This document shows positions 63,966 through 64,000 of a stretch of DNA of 64,000 nt, one piece after another. Position 1 is the stretch's first letter; every line of letters begins with the position of its first letter. The stretch spans positions 18,478,001-18,542,000 of the forward strand of contig CM059433.1 in the NCBI GenBank assembly GCA_030390025.1, in the 5' to 3' direction. Made by a program: the position numbers and the translations under genes. The DNA comes from Squalus acanthias. Taxonomy: Eukaryota. The notes under the pieces were generated by a model. It had not been told where the DNA came from and made no database searches. It worked only from the letters and a program-made list of their open reading frames with translations.

Positions 63966-64000
63966 TATCTCTCCTCCCTCCCTCTCTCTCTCTCTCTCTC

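Noticed and set aside
53545..64000. MYOM2 coding exons expected from synteny
   Set aside because: No Ig/FN3-like or recalled MYOM2 N-terminal peptide found

Overview
Vertebrate genomic DNA, most likely from a cartilaginous fish (shark-type CR1, L2, DeuSINE, Penelope-like and Harbinger repeats). Two host genes lie on the + strand in the same order as human 8p23.3: the last coding exon of ARHGEF10 (5855-6385) and the single-coding-exon BTB-kelch gene KBTBD11 (34589-37151). Both have reading-frame breaks that may be assembly indels. The rest is mostly nested transposable elements. Most notable: (1) a 3.3-kb single-ORF APE-RT LINE (20947-24242) that starts with a tRNA-derived RNA polymerase III promoter, has almost no sense-strand T4 terminators and splits an L2 element as one unit, making it a candidate Pol III-transcribed autonomous retrotransposon; (2) a young CR1 whose esterase ORF1 ends on an in-phase U-UUA-AAC slippery heptamer leading into an AUG-less -1 frame ORF2, a candidate programmed -1 ribosomal frameshift; (3) Penelope-type inverted repeats with target-site duplications (TSDs) and minimal hammerhead ribozymes. 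Identifications come from reading motifs by eye and recalling protein families; no searches were run, and boundaries of degraded repeats are approximate.
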